Shown: positions 22,598 to 32,017 of the stretch, piece after piece
Numbering within the stretch: position 1 is the stretch's first letter
Layout of the letters: each line of letters begins with the position of its first letter
NCBI GenBank assembly: GCA_029977665.1
Contig: JAPOKK010000001.1
Span: forward strand, 1 to 57,979
Reading direction: 5' to 3'
Length of the DNA stretch: 57,979 nt
DNA from: Pseudomonadota bacterium
GTDB lineage: Bacteria > Pseudomonadota > Gammaproteobacteria > Ga0077536
Notes under the pieces: model-generated
Seen by the model: the letters and a program-made list of their open reading frames with translations, nothing else
What the model was told of the DNA's origin: nothing
Database searches by the model: none
Made by a program: the position numbers and the translations under genes

Positions 22598-23629
22598 TCA
22601 GCCGTCGAGCAGGGCGAGCGCTGCTTCGGCGCAGCGCTCGACGCTGCGTTTGAACAGGTCGAGATCGACGTCCGCTCGCTCGCCCATGGCGCCCTCGAGG
22701 TAGCGCTTGTAGACGCCCTGGCGGATCGCCGCGATGCGCCAGAACGAGAACGCGCGGTAGTAGTCGATCCGGCTGACGTCGCGCCCGCTGGCGCTCGCAT
22801 AGGCGTCGAGCAGCGCCTGGCGCGACGGGAAGCCGCCGGCCACCGTCGGCATGTGCTCGTCGACGCCTTCGATGGTCTCGCCCGGCCCGACCCAGGAGTT
22901 CAATAGATAACCGAGATCGGCGAGCGCGTCGCCGAGCGTGCACAGCTCCCAGTCGAGCACCGCGCGGATGCGTCCGCCGTCGACGATGAAGTTGCCGAGG
23001 CGGTAGTCACCGTGGACGATGGCCGTGCCGACTTGCTCCGGCATGCGTTCGGCCAGCAGCCGCGCACAGGCTTCCATCGCGGGAATCGGATGCGTGGTGG
23101 TCGCCTCCCACTGCCGTGTCCACCGCTTGAGCTGGCGCGCGATGTAACCCTCGTGGCGCCCGAGTTCGCCGAGGCCGACGCTGGCCGGGTCAATCGCATG
23201 CAGACGCGCGAGCACGTCGACGACGTGCTCACCGAGCGCCGTGCGTTCGGGAGGCGGCAGTGTCGCGGCCACCTCGCGATCGTGGAGCACGGTGCCGGCG
23301 ACGAAGTCCATCACGTAGAACGGCGCGCCGTTGACCGCGGGGTCTTCGCACAGCCCGCAGGTCGGCGCAACCGGCACGGCGCTCCCGGCGAGCGCACTGA
23401 TGATGCGATGCTCGCGCGCCATGTCATGGGCCGATTCGAGCACGTGCCCGAGCGGTGGACGGCGCAACACCCAGGTGTGTCCCGCGGCATCCTCGCAGGC
23501 ATAGGTCAGGTTGGAATGTCCACCGGCGATGAGGCGGAAGCTGAGCGGCCCACGCACGGCCGGCAGATGCGCGGCCAGCCACGCGCTGACACGTGGTGCG
23601 TCGATACCCTGCGGCACGTTTTCGGTCAT
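22598..23629 (-). CDS. aminoglycoside-phosphotransferase-like (APH/ChoK family) kinase, 343 aa
   Basis: IVHGDYRLGNFIV and LDWELCTLGD are the Brenner and DxD kinase motifs. AGGAG lies upstream of the ATG at 23629. Confidence 0.85.
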   Translation of the reverse strand: MTENVPQGIDAPRVSAWLAAHLPAVRGPLSFRLIAGGHSNLTYACEDAAGHTWVLRRPPLGHVLESAHDMAREHRIISALAGSAVPVAPTCGLCEDPAVNGAPFYVMDFVAGTVLHDREVAATLPPPERTALGEHVVDVLARLHAIDPASVGLGELGRHEGYIARQLKRWTRQWEATTTHPIPAMEACARLLAERMPEQVGTAIVHGDYRLGNFIVDGGRIRAVLDWELCTLGDALADLGYLLNSWVGPGETIEGVDEHMPTVAGGFPSRQALLDAYASASGRDVSRIDYYRAFSFWRIAAIRQGVYKRYLEGAMGERADVDLDLFKRSVERCAEAALALLDG

Positions 23630-23750
23630 CGGCAGTCTCCTCGATTGGTCAAGCGCCCCGGCGCATGGCGAGCGGCAGCATAACGCGCCCGGCGTCACGC
23701 ACGACGCCGACGCGTCCGGCACGCACCTCCGGGGCCGATTCGACCGCGCC

Positions 23751-24164
23751 TCAGCCGCCGGCCAGGCGCAGCACCTTGCGCCAGGTGGGTGCGTCGACCG
23801 GCATCACCGACAGCCGTGGCTGACGCACCAGCGCAAAGTCGGCCAGTTCGGGCTGTGCCTTGATCGTGGCCAGCGACACCGGCTGCGCCAGGGGCGCCAG
23901 CGCGCGTACCGTGACGGCGACGAAGCGGCCGTCGGGATCGGTCGGGTCCGGATAGCTGGCGCGGATGACCTCGAACGTGCCGACGACACGGCGCTCGCGA
24001 CCGCTGTGGTAGCACAGACCCTGGTCACCGACGGCCATCTCACGCAGGAAACCGGCTGCCTGGTGGTTACGAACGCCGTCCCAGGTGTCGCCGGCTGCGC
24101 CGCAGGCGACGAGATCGTCGAAAGAGAACGTCTCCGGCTCGGTCTTGAGCAGCCAGTATTTCAT
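23751..24164 (-). CDS. EVE (PUA-like) domain protein, 137 aa
   Basis: MKYWLLKTEPETFSFDDL...WDGVRNHQA is the canonical EVE N-terminus. Confidence 0.88.
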   Translation of the reverse strand: MKYWLLKTEPETFSFDDLVACGAAGDTWDGVRNHQAAGFLREMAVGDQGLCYHSGRERRVVGTFEVIRASYPDPTDPDGRFVAVTVRALAPLAQPVSLATIKAQPELADFALVRQPRLSVMPVDAPTWRKVLRLAGG

Positions 24165-24425
24165 GTCATGCGACTCCCTTCATGCGACTCCTTGTGCGGA
24201 GCTACCCTGCCAGCTCCGGTGCGGCATTTACTGCGGCGCCCTGCGTGGCCGGGTGCAGCCGCCATCGGATGGCATCGGCGTTTATACGCGATGGACCGAC
24301 CCCGCGGAAGGCAGCCTGCCACAACCGCGGCACCGCGGCACTCGACCGGACAAGGGCAGCAGCGGCCACCACCCGCGCGACAGGCCCTAGAATGTCGCGC
24401 TCAGCCACCACACGCGAGAACACCC

Positions 24426-25847
24426 ATGCTGATCAACGGCCAATGGCTTGCCGGCGAACGCCGCTTCAGCGTCGCCAACCCCGCCACCGGCGAGCCCCTC
24501 GGCGAAGTCGCCGACGGCGCTGCCGCCGAAACCACCGCCGCCATCGACGCGGCCGCTGCGGCCTTTCCTGCCTGGGCAGCGAGCAGCGCCTTCGAGCGCG
24601 CCGCGGTGCTCGAACGTGCCTATACGCTGATGGTCGAGCGCAAGGGCGAGCTGGCGCGCCTGCTGACGCAGGAACAGGGCAAGCCGTTGCGCGCGGCCGC
24701 GGTAGAGACGCAATACGCGGCCGATTTCCTGTCCTGGTTCGCCGAGCAGGCGAAGCGCGTCTATGGCGACATCCTGCCCTCGCCGCGTGCCGATCAGCGC
24801 TTCCTGGTACGGCGCCAGCCGGTCGGCGTGGTCGGCGCCATCACGCCGTGGAACTATCCTATCTCGATGCTCACACGCAAGCTGGGACCGGCGCTCGCGG
24901 CCGGCTGCACGGTGGTGCTGAAACCGGCCGAGGCGACGCCGCTGATCGCGATCGAGGTATTCAAGCTGCTGCAGGAGGCCGGCGTACCCGACGGCGTCAT
25001 CAACCTCGTCACCGCGCGCGATCCGCGACCGGTCGGCGAGGTACTGGTCAGCGATCCGCGCGTGCGCAAGCTGACGTTCACCGGCTCGACCGCGGTCGGC
25101 AAACAACTCGCGGCTGCGGCCGGCGCCAACATGAAGCGCATCTCGCTCGAGCTGGGAGGCCACGCACCGTTCATCGTCTTTCCCGACGCCGACCCGGTGC
25201 ATGCCGCCAAGGGCGCGGCCGCGGTCAAGTTCCTCAACATGGGGCAGGCCTGTATCAGCCCGAACCGCCTGTACGTACACCGCGCGCAGGTCGAACCGTT
25301 CGTCGCCGAGCTGGTCAAGCGCGTCGAGCGGCTTGCCGTCGGCAACGGCCTCGAACAAGGCATCGCCGTCGGTCCGTTGATCAACGAAGCGGCCGTCGCC
25401 AAGGTCGACGCCCAGGTGCGCGATGCCGTGAACAAGGGCGCCCAGTGCCTGGCGGGCGGCAGGCGTCTCGACGAAGGCGACTTCGCCGCCGGCACGTTCT
25501 ACGCGCCGACCGTGCTCGCCGGCATCACCCGCGACATGACCATCTACCGCGAGGAGACCTTCGGCCCGGTCGCCGCGGTAGTGCCCTACGATGACGGCGA
25601 TGACGTCATCGCCATGGCCAACGACACCACCTACGGTCTCGCCGCCTATGTCTACACGAACGATCTCAAGACGGCGCTGCGCAGCTTCGAGGCGCTGGAT
25701 TTCGGCATCATCGGCATCAACGACATCAACCCGACGGCGGCCGCCGCACCGTTCGGTGGCATCAAGGAGTCGGGTATCGGCCGCGAGGGCGGGCGCGAAG
25801 GTATCGAGGAGTATCTCGACGTCAAACTGGGCGGCATCGCGCTGTAA
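24426..25847 (+). CDS. NAD(P)+-dependent aldehyde dehydrogenase, succinate-semialdehyde dehydrogenase-like, 473 aa
   Basis: ITPWNYP, FTGSTAVGK, LELGGHAP (catalytic Glu), QACISPNR (catalytic Cys) and EETFGPV are present. Confidence 0.88.
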   Translation: MLINGQWLAGERRFSVANPATGEPLGEVADGAAAETTAAIDAAAAAFPAWAASSAFERAAVLERAYTLMVERKGELARLLTQEQGKPLRAAAVETQYAADFLSWFAEQAKRVYGDILPSPRADQRFLVRRQPVGVVGAITPWNYPISMLTRKLGPALAAGCTVVLKPAEATPLIAIEVFKLLQEAGVPDGVINLVTARDPRPVGEVLVSDPRVRKLTFTGSTAVGKQLAAAAGANMKRISLELGGHAPFIVFPDADPVHAAKGAAAVKFLNMGQACISPNRLYVHRAQVEPFVAELVKRVERLAVGNGLEQGIAVGPLINEAAVAKVDAQVRDAVNKGAQCLAGGRRLDEGDFAAGTFYAPTVLAGITRDMTIYREETFGPVAAVVPYDDGDDVIAMANDTTYGLAAYVYTNDLKTALRSFEALDFGIIGINDINPTAAAAPFGGIKESGIGREGGREGIEEYLDVKLGGIAL

Positions 25848-25881
25848 CGGCGCGCTACGGAACCGCCCTGCGGCCGAGCGG

Positions 25882-26316
25882 CTAATCGCGTTCCGAGCGC
25901 TCCTTCAGCGCGGAGACGAACTGCAGGGTGAGGAAGTTCAGTAACGCGAGCACGGCGGCGATCTCGTAGCGGTGAAAAGCGACCGCGACGCCGATGGCGC
26001 CGGTGTTCCACAGGCTCGCCGCGGTCGCCGTACCTGCGACTCCGTCACGGGTCTTGAGGATCGCGCCACCCCCGATGAAACCCATGCCGGTGACGATGCC
26101 GTAGACAACGCGCGACTCGGCGTCGGTGGTCTCGAGCACCTGGATGCCGGTGAGCATGTAGCCGCAGGCCGCGACCGACACCAGTGGGAAAGTGCGCAAG
26201 CCCGCGCTGCGAGCGCGGTGTTCGCGATTCCAGGCGAGCGGCAGAGCGAGCACATACGCCACACCGATCTGCACCAGGTGCTGACTGACCACTGCCAGTT
26301 CGAGTCCGAATGCCAT
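25882..26316 (-). CDS. MgtC/SapB-family membrane protein, 144 aa
   Basis: GLRTFPLVSVAACGYM...GMGFIGGGAILK...GVAGTATAASLWNTGAIGV are MgtC family motifs. Confidence 0.85.
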   Translation of the reverse strand: MAFGLELAVVSQHLVQIGVAYVLALPLAWNREHRARSAGLRTFPLVSVAACGYMLTGIQVLETTDAESRVVYGIVTGMGFIGGGAILKTRDGVAGTATAASLWNTGAIGVAVAFHRYEIAAVLALLNFLTLQFVSALKERSERD

Positions 26317-26525
26317 GCTTCTCCTCCGCCGGCCGCGCCGTCGGCGCCAGCTGGTTGAAGCATCGAACATTCACCTCGCGTGCCAACGCGCTGACCGCGA
26401 GCATTCGCGCTGGCATGTGCCTTGCGACGAGGCACGCGACCGGCACCCGGGCAGCTCACCAAGCCGGGGGTCGTTGCCTGACTTGCACCGTCGTGCAAGC
26501 CTTACAAGGCTGGCGCGTCGACGGG

Positions 26526-27713
26526 TCAGCGCTCGCCACGCGGCAGCAGGAGCACCTGGCACACCAGCGAGAGCGACATGAAGCACCCCATCAGCAACGC
26601 GAGGTTGAGCGCGCCGTCGTGCGGCACGAGCCCCACCGCGTAACCGCCGACGGCGCCGAAGAGCTGCTGTGCGAGACCGGCCCCCGCCGCCGCGGCGCCG
26701 GCCAGCGCCGGCACCAGGCTGACCGTACCGGCGAGCGTGGATGGCATCATCAGCCCGTGCCCGAGTCCGAGCAGCGCGAGCGGCGCGGCGACCGCGAACG
26801 GCGAACGCACACCGAACAGTGCGAGTACCAGCACGATGCCGATGCCGCTCAGCGCCGTGAATTGGCCGTAGAGGATCAGGCGTTCGTTGCTGATGTGCCG
26901 GACCAGGCGACTGACGAGGAAATTACCGACGATGTAGAACATCGGCGGGAACATGATGAACCAGCCGATCGTGGCGGGGCCGACGCCGTATCCGGCCAGG
27001 ACGACCGGCACACCCGCGAGGAAGGCGTAGAACGTGCCGGTGCACATGCCGAGCATGGCGATGTATGCGAGAAAGGCTGGCAGGCGCAACAAGGTCGCGT
27101 AGGCGGCGAAGAACGCCCCCAGCCAGTGTTCGCCAGCGGCCCGGCGCGGCGCATCGGCCGGCAACAGTCGCGAGGTGCTCGCCAGCAGGACGAGCGCGAC
27201 GAGCGCAGCGAGGACGAAATTGGCCCGCCAGCCGAGCTGCACGTGCAGCTGGCCGCCGACCAGTGTCGCGAGCGGCGGACAGACGCCGAGTATCATCCCC
27301 GTATAGGCCATGATCCGCGGCCGATCGGCGCCGTGGAAGAAATCCTGCACCATCGCGCGTCCGAGCACCATGCCGGCCGCGGCGCCGGCGCCCTGCACGA
27401 ACCGCGCGGCAATCAGTGCGCCGAGACTGCCGGCCATCGCGCAGGCCAGCGAACCGAGCGCGGCGAGGGCGAAGCCGGCAATCAGCAGGCGACGGCGCCC
27501 GTAGCGATCGGACAAGGGTCCGTAGACCAGTTGCGCAGCCCCGAAAGCGACGACGAAGCTCGAGAAAGTCAGCTGCACGTCGGCCTGGCTGGCCGCGAAC
27601 ATCTCGGACCACTGCGGCATCGAGGGCAAACAGACGGTCATCGAGAGCAAGCCGTAGGCGATCGCGGCAAGCAGGTTGGCAACCAGCCAGCGACTCGTCG
27701 CGGGAGGCTCCAT
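26526..27713 (-). CDS. MFS transporter, Bcr/CflA drug-resistance subfamily, 395 aa
   Basis: GPLSDRYGRRRLL is MFS motif A. The protein has 12 predicted hydrophobic segments. The start is taken at MEPPATSRW (27713). Confidence 0.85.
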   Translation of the reverse strand: MEPPATSRWLVANLLAAIAYGLLSMTVCLPSMPQWSEMFAASQADVQLTFSSFVVAFGAAQLVYGPLSDRYGRRRLLIAGFALAALGSLACAMAGSLGALIAARFVQGAGAAAGMVLGRAMVQDFFHGADRPRIMAYTGMILGVCPPLATLVGGQLHVQLGWRANFVLAALVALVLLASTSRLLPADAPRRAAGEHWLGAFFAAYATLLRLPAFLAYIAMLGMCTGTFYAFLAGVPVVLAGYGVGPATIGWFIMFPPMFYIVGNFLVSRLVRHISNERLILYGQFTALSGIGIVLVLALFGVRSPFAVAAPLALLGLGHGLMMPSTLAGTVSLVPALAGAAAAGAGLAQQLFGAVGGYAVGLVPHDGALNLALLMGCFMSLSLVCQVLLLPRGER

Positions 27714-27835
27714 GGCAGGGCTGTCGGGCGCGTCGGTCAACGGCGTGGCGGCAAGGCGGGCATGCGTGGACGCGCATGGTACCCGATGCGTTACCGGGTC
27801 GCCGTGAGCAGCCCCACGCAGGCGGGCGTGCCGGC

Positions 27836-29206
27836 ATGAGATCAGGCGCCTACCGCCAGGCGCCCAGCTGCGTGCGCGCCGCGCCGCGAGCGGTGCCGCG
27901 CGGGCGTGCGCGGCTCGCCTGGTACGGACCGGCACTGGTCTGGATGGTCTCGGCGGTCGGGTCGGGCTCGGTGCTGTTCACGCCGCGGGTCGCGGCGCGC
28001 TACGAATATGCGCTGCTGTGGCTGGCGCTGCTGACCTGCGCGTGCATGTGGATCATGATTCGCGAGGCCGCACGGTACACCACGGTCACCGGCCGCACGC
28101 TGCTCGACGGTTTCGACCGGCTGCCGGGCCCGCGCGGCTGGGCCCTGTGGGTGATCTTCGTCCCGCAGCTGGTCGCCGCGGTTGTCGGCGTGGCGGGGCT
28201 CAGCGCGCTGGTCGGCAGTGCCGGGACGGTAGCGCTGGGCGGCCCGCACTGGCTCTACACGCTGGGCCTGCTGGCGTGCGCCTCGGGCCTCGTCGCGTTC
28301 GGCGAGTACGATGCCCTCGAGCGCGTCAGCCGCTACATGGCGATGATACTGATCGCGCTCAGCGTCGCCGCCGCGCTCAGCGTGCTGCCGTCCCCCGCCA
28401 CGCTCGCCGCGGGGCTCGTACCGCGCATCCCCGCCGACTTCGAGCTCGCTTTCGTGCTGCCCTGGGTGGGCACCATCCTGGCCGGCTCGATGGGTATCGT
28501 GTGGTTCGCCTACTGGACCGCGACGCACGGCTACGGCGGCGCCAGCACGTTGTCAGGCGAGCATCACGAGGACACCGCGCACGACGATGCCGACCCCACC
28601 CAGGCAGGTCACGAGCGCCTGGCCGGTTGGCTGCGCCTGGTCTCGCGCGCCGCGCTCGCGGCCGTGGTCGGCGGCGCCTGCGTGATCGTCGCGTTCAACA
28701 TCCTCGGCGCCGAGCTGCTCGCGCCGCGCGGCCTCGTCCCGGCCGGCACCGACGTCGCGCGCGACCTCGCCCGCCTGCTCGAGGGCGTGTGGGGCGCGTT
28801 CGGCTTCTGGGCGCTGATCGTGCTGACCGTATTCGCCCTGGGTGGCAGCGTGATGGCAAACCAGGACGGCTGGTCGCGCAGTTTCGCCGACATCACGCTG
28901 CTGCTGATCGGCGCCCGCCGTCGGCCGGCCTGGCTCACGCGGCGCAATCTCAAGCGTGCCTATGCCCTGGGCGTGACGGGAGTCGCGCCGGCAATGGTCT
29001 ACCTGACCGTGCGCGACCCGGTCGCGATCATGTCGTGGTCGGGTGTCGTGGCGGCGGCGCACACGCCCTTCATTGTCGCGCTGGTCCTGTTGGTCAACCG
29101 GGCACATCTGCCGCGTGGACTGGCGCCCGGCCCGCTCGCGACGTGCTTCCTCGCCGCAGCGGGGCTGTTCTACCTGATCGTTTCGGTGCTGCGCTTCGGC
29201 ACCTGA
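27836..29206 (+). CDS. Nramp-like (APC-fold) membrane transporter, divergent, 456 aa
   Basis: Hydrophobic repeat architecture is present. The N-terminal segment YGPALVWMVSAVGSGS sits where Nramp has GPG...DPGN. The start codon is uncertain. Confidence 0.55.
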   Translation: MRSGAYRQAPSCVRAAPRAVPRGRARLAWYGPALVWMVSAVGSGSVLFTPRVAARYEYALLWLALLTCACMWIMIREAARYTTVTGRTLLDGFDRLPGPRGWALWVIFVPQLVAAVVGVAGLSALVGSAGTVALGGPHWLYTLGLLACASGLVAFGEYDALERVSRYMAMILIALSVAAALSVLPSPATLAAGLVPRIPADFELAFVLPWVGTILAGSMGIVWFAYWTATHGYGGASTLSGEHHEDTAHDDADPTQAGHERLAGWLRLVSRAALAAVVGGACVIVAFNILGAELLAPRGLVPAGTDVARDLARLLEGVWGAFGFWALIVLTVFALGGSVMANQDGWSRSFADITLLLIGARRRPAWLTRRNLKRAYALGVTGVAPAMVYLTVRDPVAIMSWSGVVAAAHTPFIVALVLLVNRAHLPRGLAPGPLATCFLAAAGLFYLIVSVLRFGT

Positions 29207-29259
29207 GATTCGCGCCGCGCGCTGCCCGACCCACGTACAATGGCGCCAGGGAGGGCACC

Positions 29260-29577
29260 ATGACCACGAGAGACGACCATGCCGACGCGGCTGACGGGCC
29301 GCGCCGCGAATTGACCCGCGCGCACGCCTACTGGCGTGCCAACCTGCGCCTGGTGGCGAGCCTGCTGGCCGTCTGGTTCGCCGTGTCCTTCGGCTGCGGC
29401 ATCCTGTTCGTCGAGCCGCTGAACCGCATCGAGATGTTCGGCTTTCCGCTCGGCTTCTGGTTCGCCCAGCAGGGCGCAATCTTCGTGTTCGTGCTGCTGG
29501 TGTTCTTCTATGCCGCGGCGATGCGGCGCATCGACCGGCGCTACGGACTCGACGACGACGAGCGGGAGACGGGCTGA
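29260..29577 (+). CDS. DUF4212-type small membrane subunit of a sodium:solute symporter, 105 aa
   Basis: FGFPLGFWFAQQGAIFVFVLLVFFYA matches the family. The stop overlaps the start of the following symporter by 1 nt (TGATG). Confidence 0.85.
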   Translation: MTTRDDHADAADGPRRELTRAHAYWRANLRLVASLLAVWFAVSFGCGILFVEPLNRIEMFGFPLGFWFAQQGAIFVFVLLVFFYAAAMRRIDRRYGLDDDERETG

Positions 29578-31352
29578 TGGACGCGCAGACGCTGACCTAT
29601 CTCTTCGTCGCGGTGAGCTTCGCGCTCTACATCGGCATCGCGGTGTGGTCGCGCGCCGGCTCCACCGGCGACTTCTACGTCGCCGGCGGCGGCGTGCATC
29701 CCGTCGCCAACGGCATGGCGACGGCGGCCGACTGGATGAGCGCGGCCTCGTTCATTTCCATGGCCGGCATCATCGCGTTTCTCGGTTACGACGGCGCCGT
29801 CTACCTGATGGGTTGGACCGGCGGCTACGTGCTGCTGGCGATGCTGCTCGCGCCCTACCTGCGCAAGTTCGGCGAATTCACCGTGCCCGATTTCATCGGC
29901 ACGCGTTATTACTCGAACACCGCGCGGGTCGTCGCGGTCGTCAGCCTGATCGTGATCTCGTTCACCTACGTCGCCGGCCAGATGCGCGGCGTCGGCATCG
30001 TCTTCTCGCACTTCCTCGGCGTGCCCATCGACTGGGGTGTCGCGATCGGCATGCTGGTGGTGTTCTTCTACGCCGTGCTCGGCGGCATGAAAGGCATCAC
30101 CTACACCCAGGTCGCGCAGTACTGCGTGCTGATCTTCGCCTATCTCGTACCCGCCATCTTCATTTCGCTGCTGATCACCGGCGTGCCGGTGCCCCAGCTC
30201 GGCCTCGGCGCCACCGTTGCCGACGGCTCCGGGCTCGCGGTACTCGAAAAGCTCGACCGTACACTGGTCGACCTCGGCTTCGCGCCCTATACGCAGGGCG
30301 GCAAGTCGACCATCGACGTGTTCGCCATCACCATGGCGCTGATGCTGGGCACGGCCGGCCTGCCGCACGTCATCGTGCGTTTCTTCACCGTGCCCAAGGT
30401 CTCCGACGCGCGCCGCTCGGCGGGCTGGGCGCTGTTGTTCATCGCCCTGCTCTACACCACGGCGCCGGCCGTCGGCGCGTTCGCGCGATTGAACTTCATC
30501 GATACCGTGCACGATCGGGCTTACGGCGAAGTCGCCGACTGGTTCCACAACTGGGAGGACGTCGGCCTGATCGGCTGGCGCGACAAGAACGGTGACGGGC
30601 GTATCCAGTACGGCCCGGGCATGCCGTTCGAAGGCAAGCCCGAGTTCGCCGGCGAGGCACGCGGGGTCGACGGCCAGCGCATGCTGCTCAACGCGGCGCG
30701 CGAGGGCACCAACGAGGTCTACGTCGATCGCGACATCATGGTCCTCGCCAACCCCGAGATCGCGATGCTGCCGCCATGGGTGATCGCGCTCGTCGCCGCC
30801 GGCAGCCTGGCCGCGGCGCTGTCGACGGCGGCCGGCCTGCTGCTGGTGATCTCGGCTTCGGTCTCCCACGACCTGCTCAAGAAGACCTTCGCGCGCGGCC
30901 TCTCCGATCGCCAGGAACTGCTCGCCGCGCGCATCGCCGCAGCCAGCGCCATCGCCATCGCGGGCTATCTCGGCGTCAATCCACCCGGCTTCGTCGCGCA
31001 GGTCGTCGCTTTCGCGTTCGGCCTCGCCGCGGCCTCGCTGTTTCCCGCCATCCTGCTCGGCATCTTCTCGCTGCGCATGAACCGCGAGGGCGCCGTTGCC
31101 GGCATGATCGCCGGGCTCGGCTTCACCTTCGGCTACATCGCCTGGTTCAAGTTCTACGCGCCGCACATGAACGGCCCGGATGCGTGGTGGTTCGGCATCT
31201 CGCCGGAAGGCATCGGCGCGCTGGGCGCGGCGCTCAACTTCGCCGTGGCCCTGACCGTCTCGCACTTCACCGCCGCGCCGCCCGCTAGCGTCGTCGCGCT
31301 GGTCGAGGACATCCGCGTACCCGCCGGGGTGAGCACGCCGCACATGCATTAG
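29577..31352 (+). CDS. sodium:solute symporter (SSF; VC_2705/ActP-like), 591 aa
   Basis: The N-terminus is of SSF type (DFYVAGGGVHPVANGMATAADWMSAASFISMAG). It is paired with a DUF4212 gene. Confidence 0.9.
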   Translation: MDAQTLTYLFVAVSFALYIGIAVWSRAGSTGDFYVAGGGVHPVANGMATAADWMSAASFISMAGIIAFLGYDGAVYLMGWTGGYVLLAMLLAPYLRKFGEFTVPDFIGTRYYSNTARVVAVVSLIVISFTYVAGQMRGVGIVFSHFLGVPIDWGVAIGMLVVFFYAVLGGMKGITYTQVAQYCVLIFAYLVPAIFISLLITGVPVPQLGLGATVADGSGLAVLEKLDRTLVDLGFAPYTQGGKSTIDVFAITMALMLGTAGLPHVIVRFFTVPKVSDARRSAGWALLFIALLYTTAPAVGAFARLNFIDTVHDRAYGEVADWFHNWEDVGLIGWRDKNGDGRIQYGPGMPFEGKPEFAGEARGVDGQRMLLNAAREGTNEVYVDRDIMVLANPEIAMLPPWVIALVAAGSLAAALSTAAGLLLVISASVSHDLLKKTFARGLSDRQELLAARIAAASAIAIAGYLGVNPPGFVAQVVAFAFGLAAASLFPAILLGIFSLRMNREGAVAGMIAGLGFTFGYIAWFKFYAPHMNGPDAWWFGISPEGIGALGAALNFAVALTVSHFTAAPPASVVALVEDIRVPAGVSTPHMH

Positions 31353-31422
31353 CTGCCGCGCTGCGCACGGATGCGAGCCTCCGCGGTGCGCGGCCGTGCC
31401 ATCGTCGAGACTTGCCGCATCA

Positions 31423-31447
31423 AACGCGGACTAATATAGTCCGCGTT
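31423..31447. promoter_or_regulatory. perfect palindrome AACGCGGACTA-ATA-TAGTCCGCGTT abutting the Rrf2 start codon (candidate operator)
   Basis: The 11-bp arms are read directly from the sequence. The palindrome ends 1 nt before the ATG at 31448. Confidence 0.55.
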
Positions 31448-31966
31448 ATGGCACATCTCACGAGCCGCGTCGAATACGGCATCCATTGTCTGCTCTGGCT
31501 GGTCGGCGCCGGCGAGCAGCAACCGAGCAGCCGCGACCTGGCCGAGTTGCAAGGGATCTCGCCGAGCTTCCTCGCCAAGATCTTCCCACGCCTCGAGAAG
31601 GCCGGCATCGTCGCTGCGGTTCCCGGTCTGCGTGGCGGCTACCGCCTGGCCAGGCCGGCTGCACAGATCACGGTGCTCGACATCGTCGATGCCATCGAGG
31701 GCGACAAGCCGCTGTTCGAGTGCCAGGAGATCCGCACGCGCTGCGCCCTGTTCGACGACCCGCCCCCCCGCTGGGCGAGCCGAGGCACGTGCGCGATTCA
31801 TGCCACGATGCAGCGCGCCGAGCGCGCCATGCGCGACGCGCTGGCGGCGGAGACGCTTGCCGACCTGGCCCGTGCCCTCGAGCGCAAGGCGCCGGCCGAC
31901 TTCGGTGCATCGGTCGAACGCTGGCTCGGCGAGCGTGCGTCGTCGCGCCGCGGCAGCGCGCGCTGA
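31448..31966 (+). CDS. Rrf2-family transcriptional regulator, 172 aa
   Basis: MAHLTSRVEYGIHCLLWL...SRDLAELQGISPSFLAKIFPRLEKAGIV is the Rrf2 wHTH. Confidence 0.88.
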   Translation: MAHLTSRVEYGIHCLLWLVGAGEQQPSSRDLAELQGISPSFLAKIFPRLEKAGIVAAVPGLRGGYRLARPAAQITVLDIVDAIEGDKPLFECQEIRTRCALFDDPPPRWASRGTCAIHATMQRAERAMRDALAAETLADLARALERKAPADFGASVERWLGERASSRRGSAR

Positions 31967-32017
31967 ACCGCGCCCGTGCCACCCCCATCACCCCGCTACC
32001 ACGACAGGACCGAAAAC

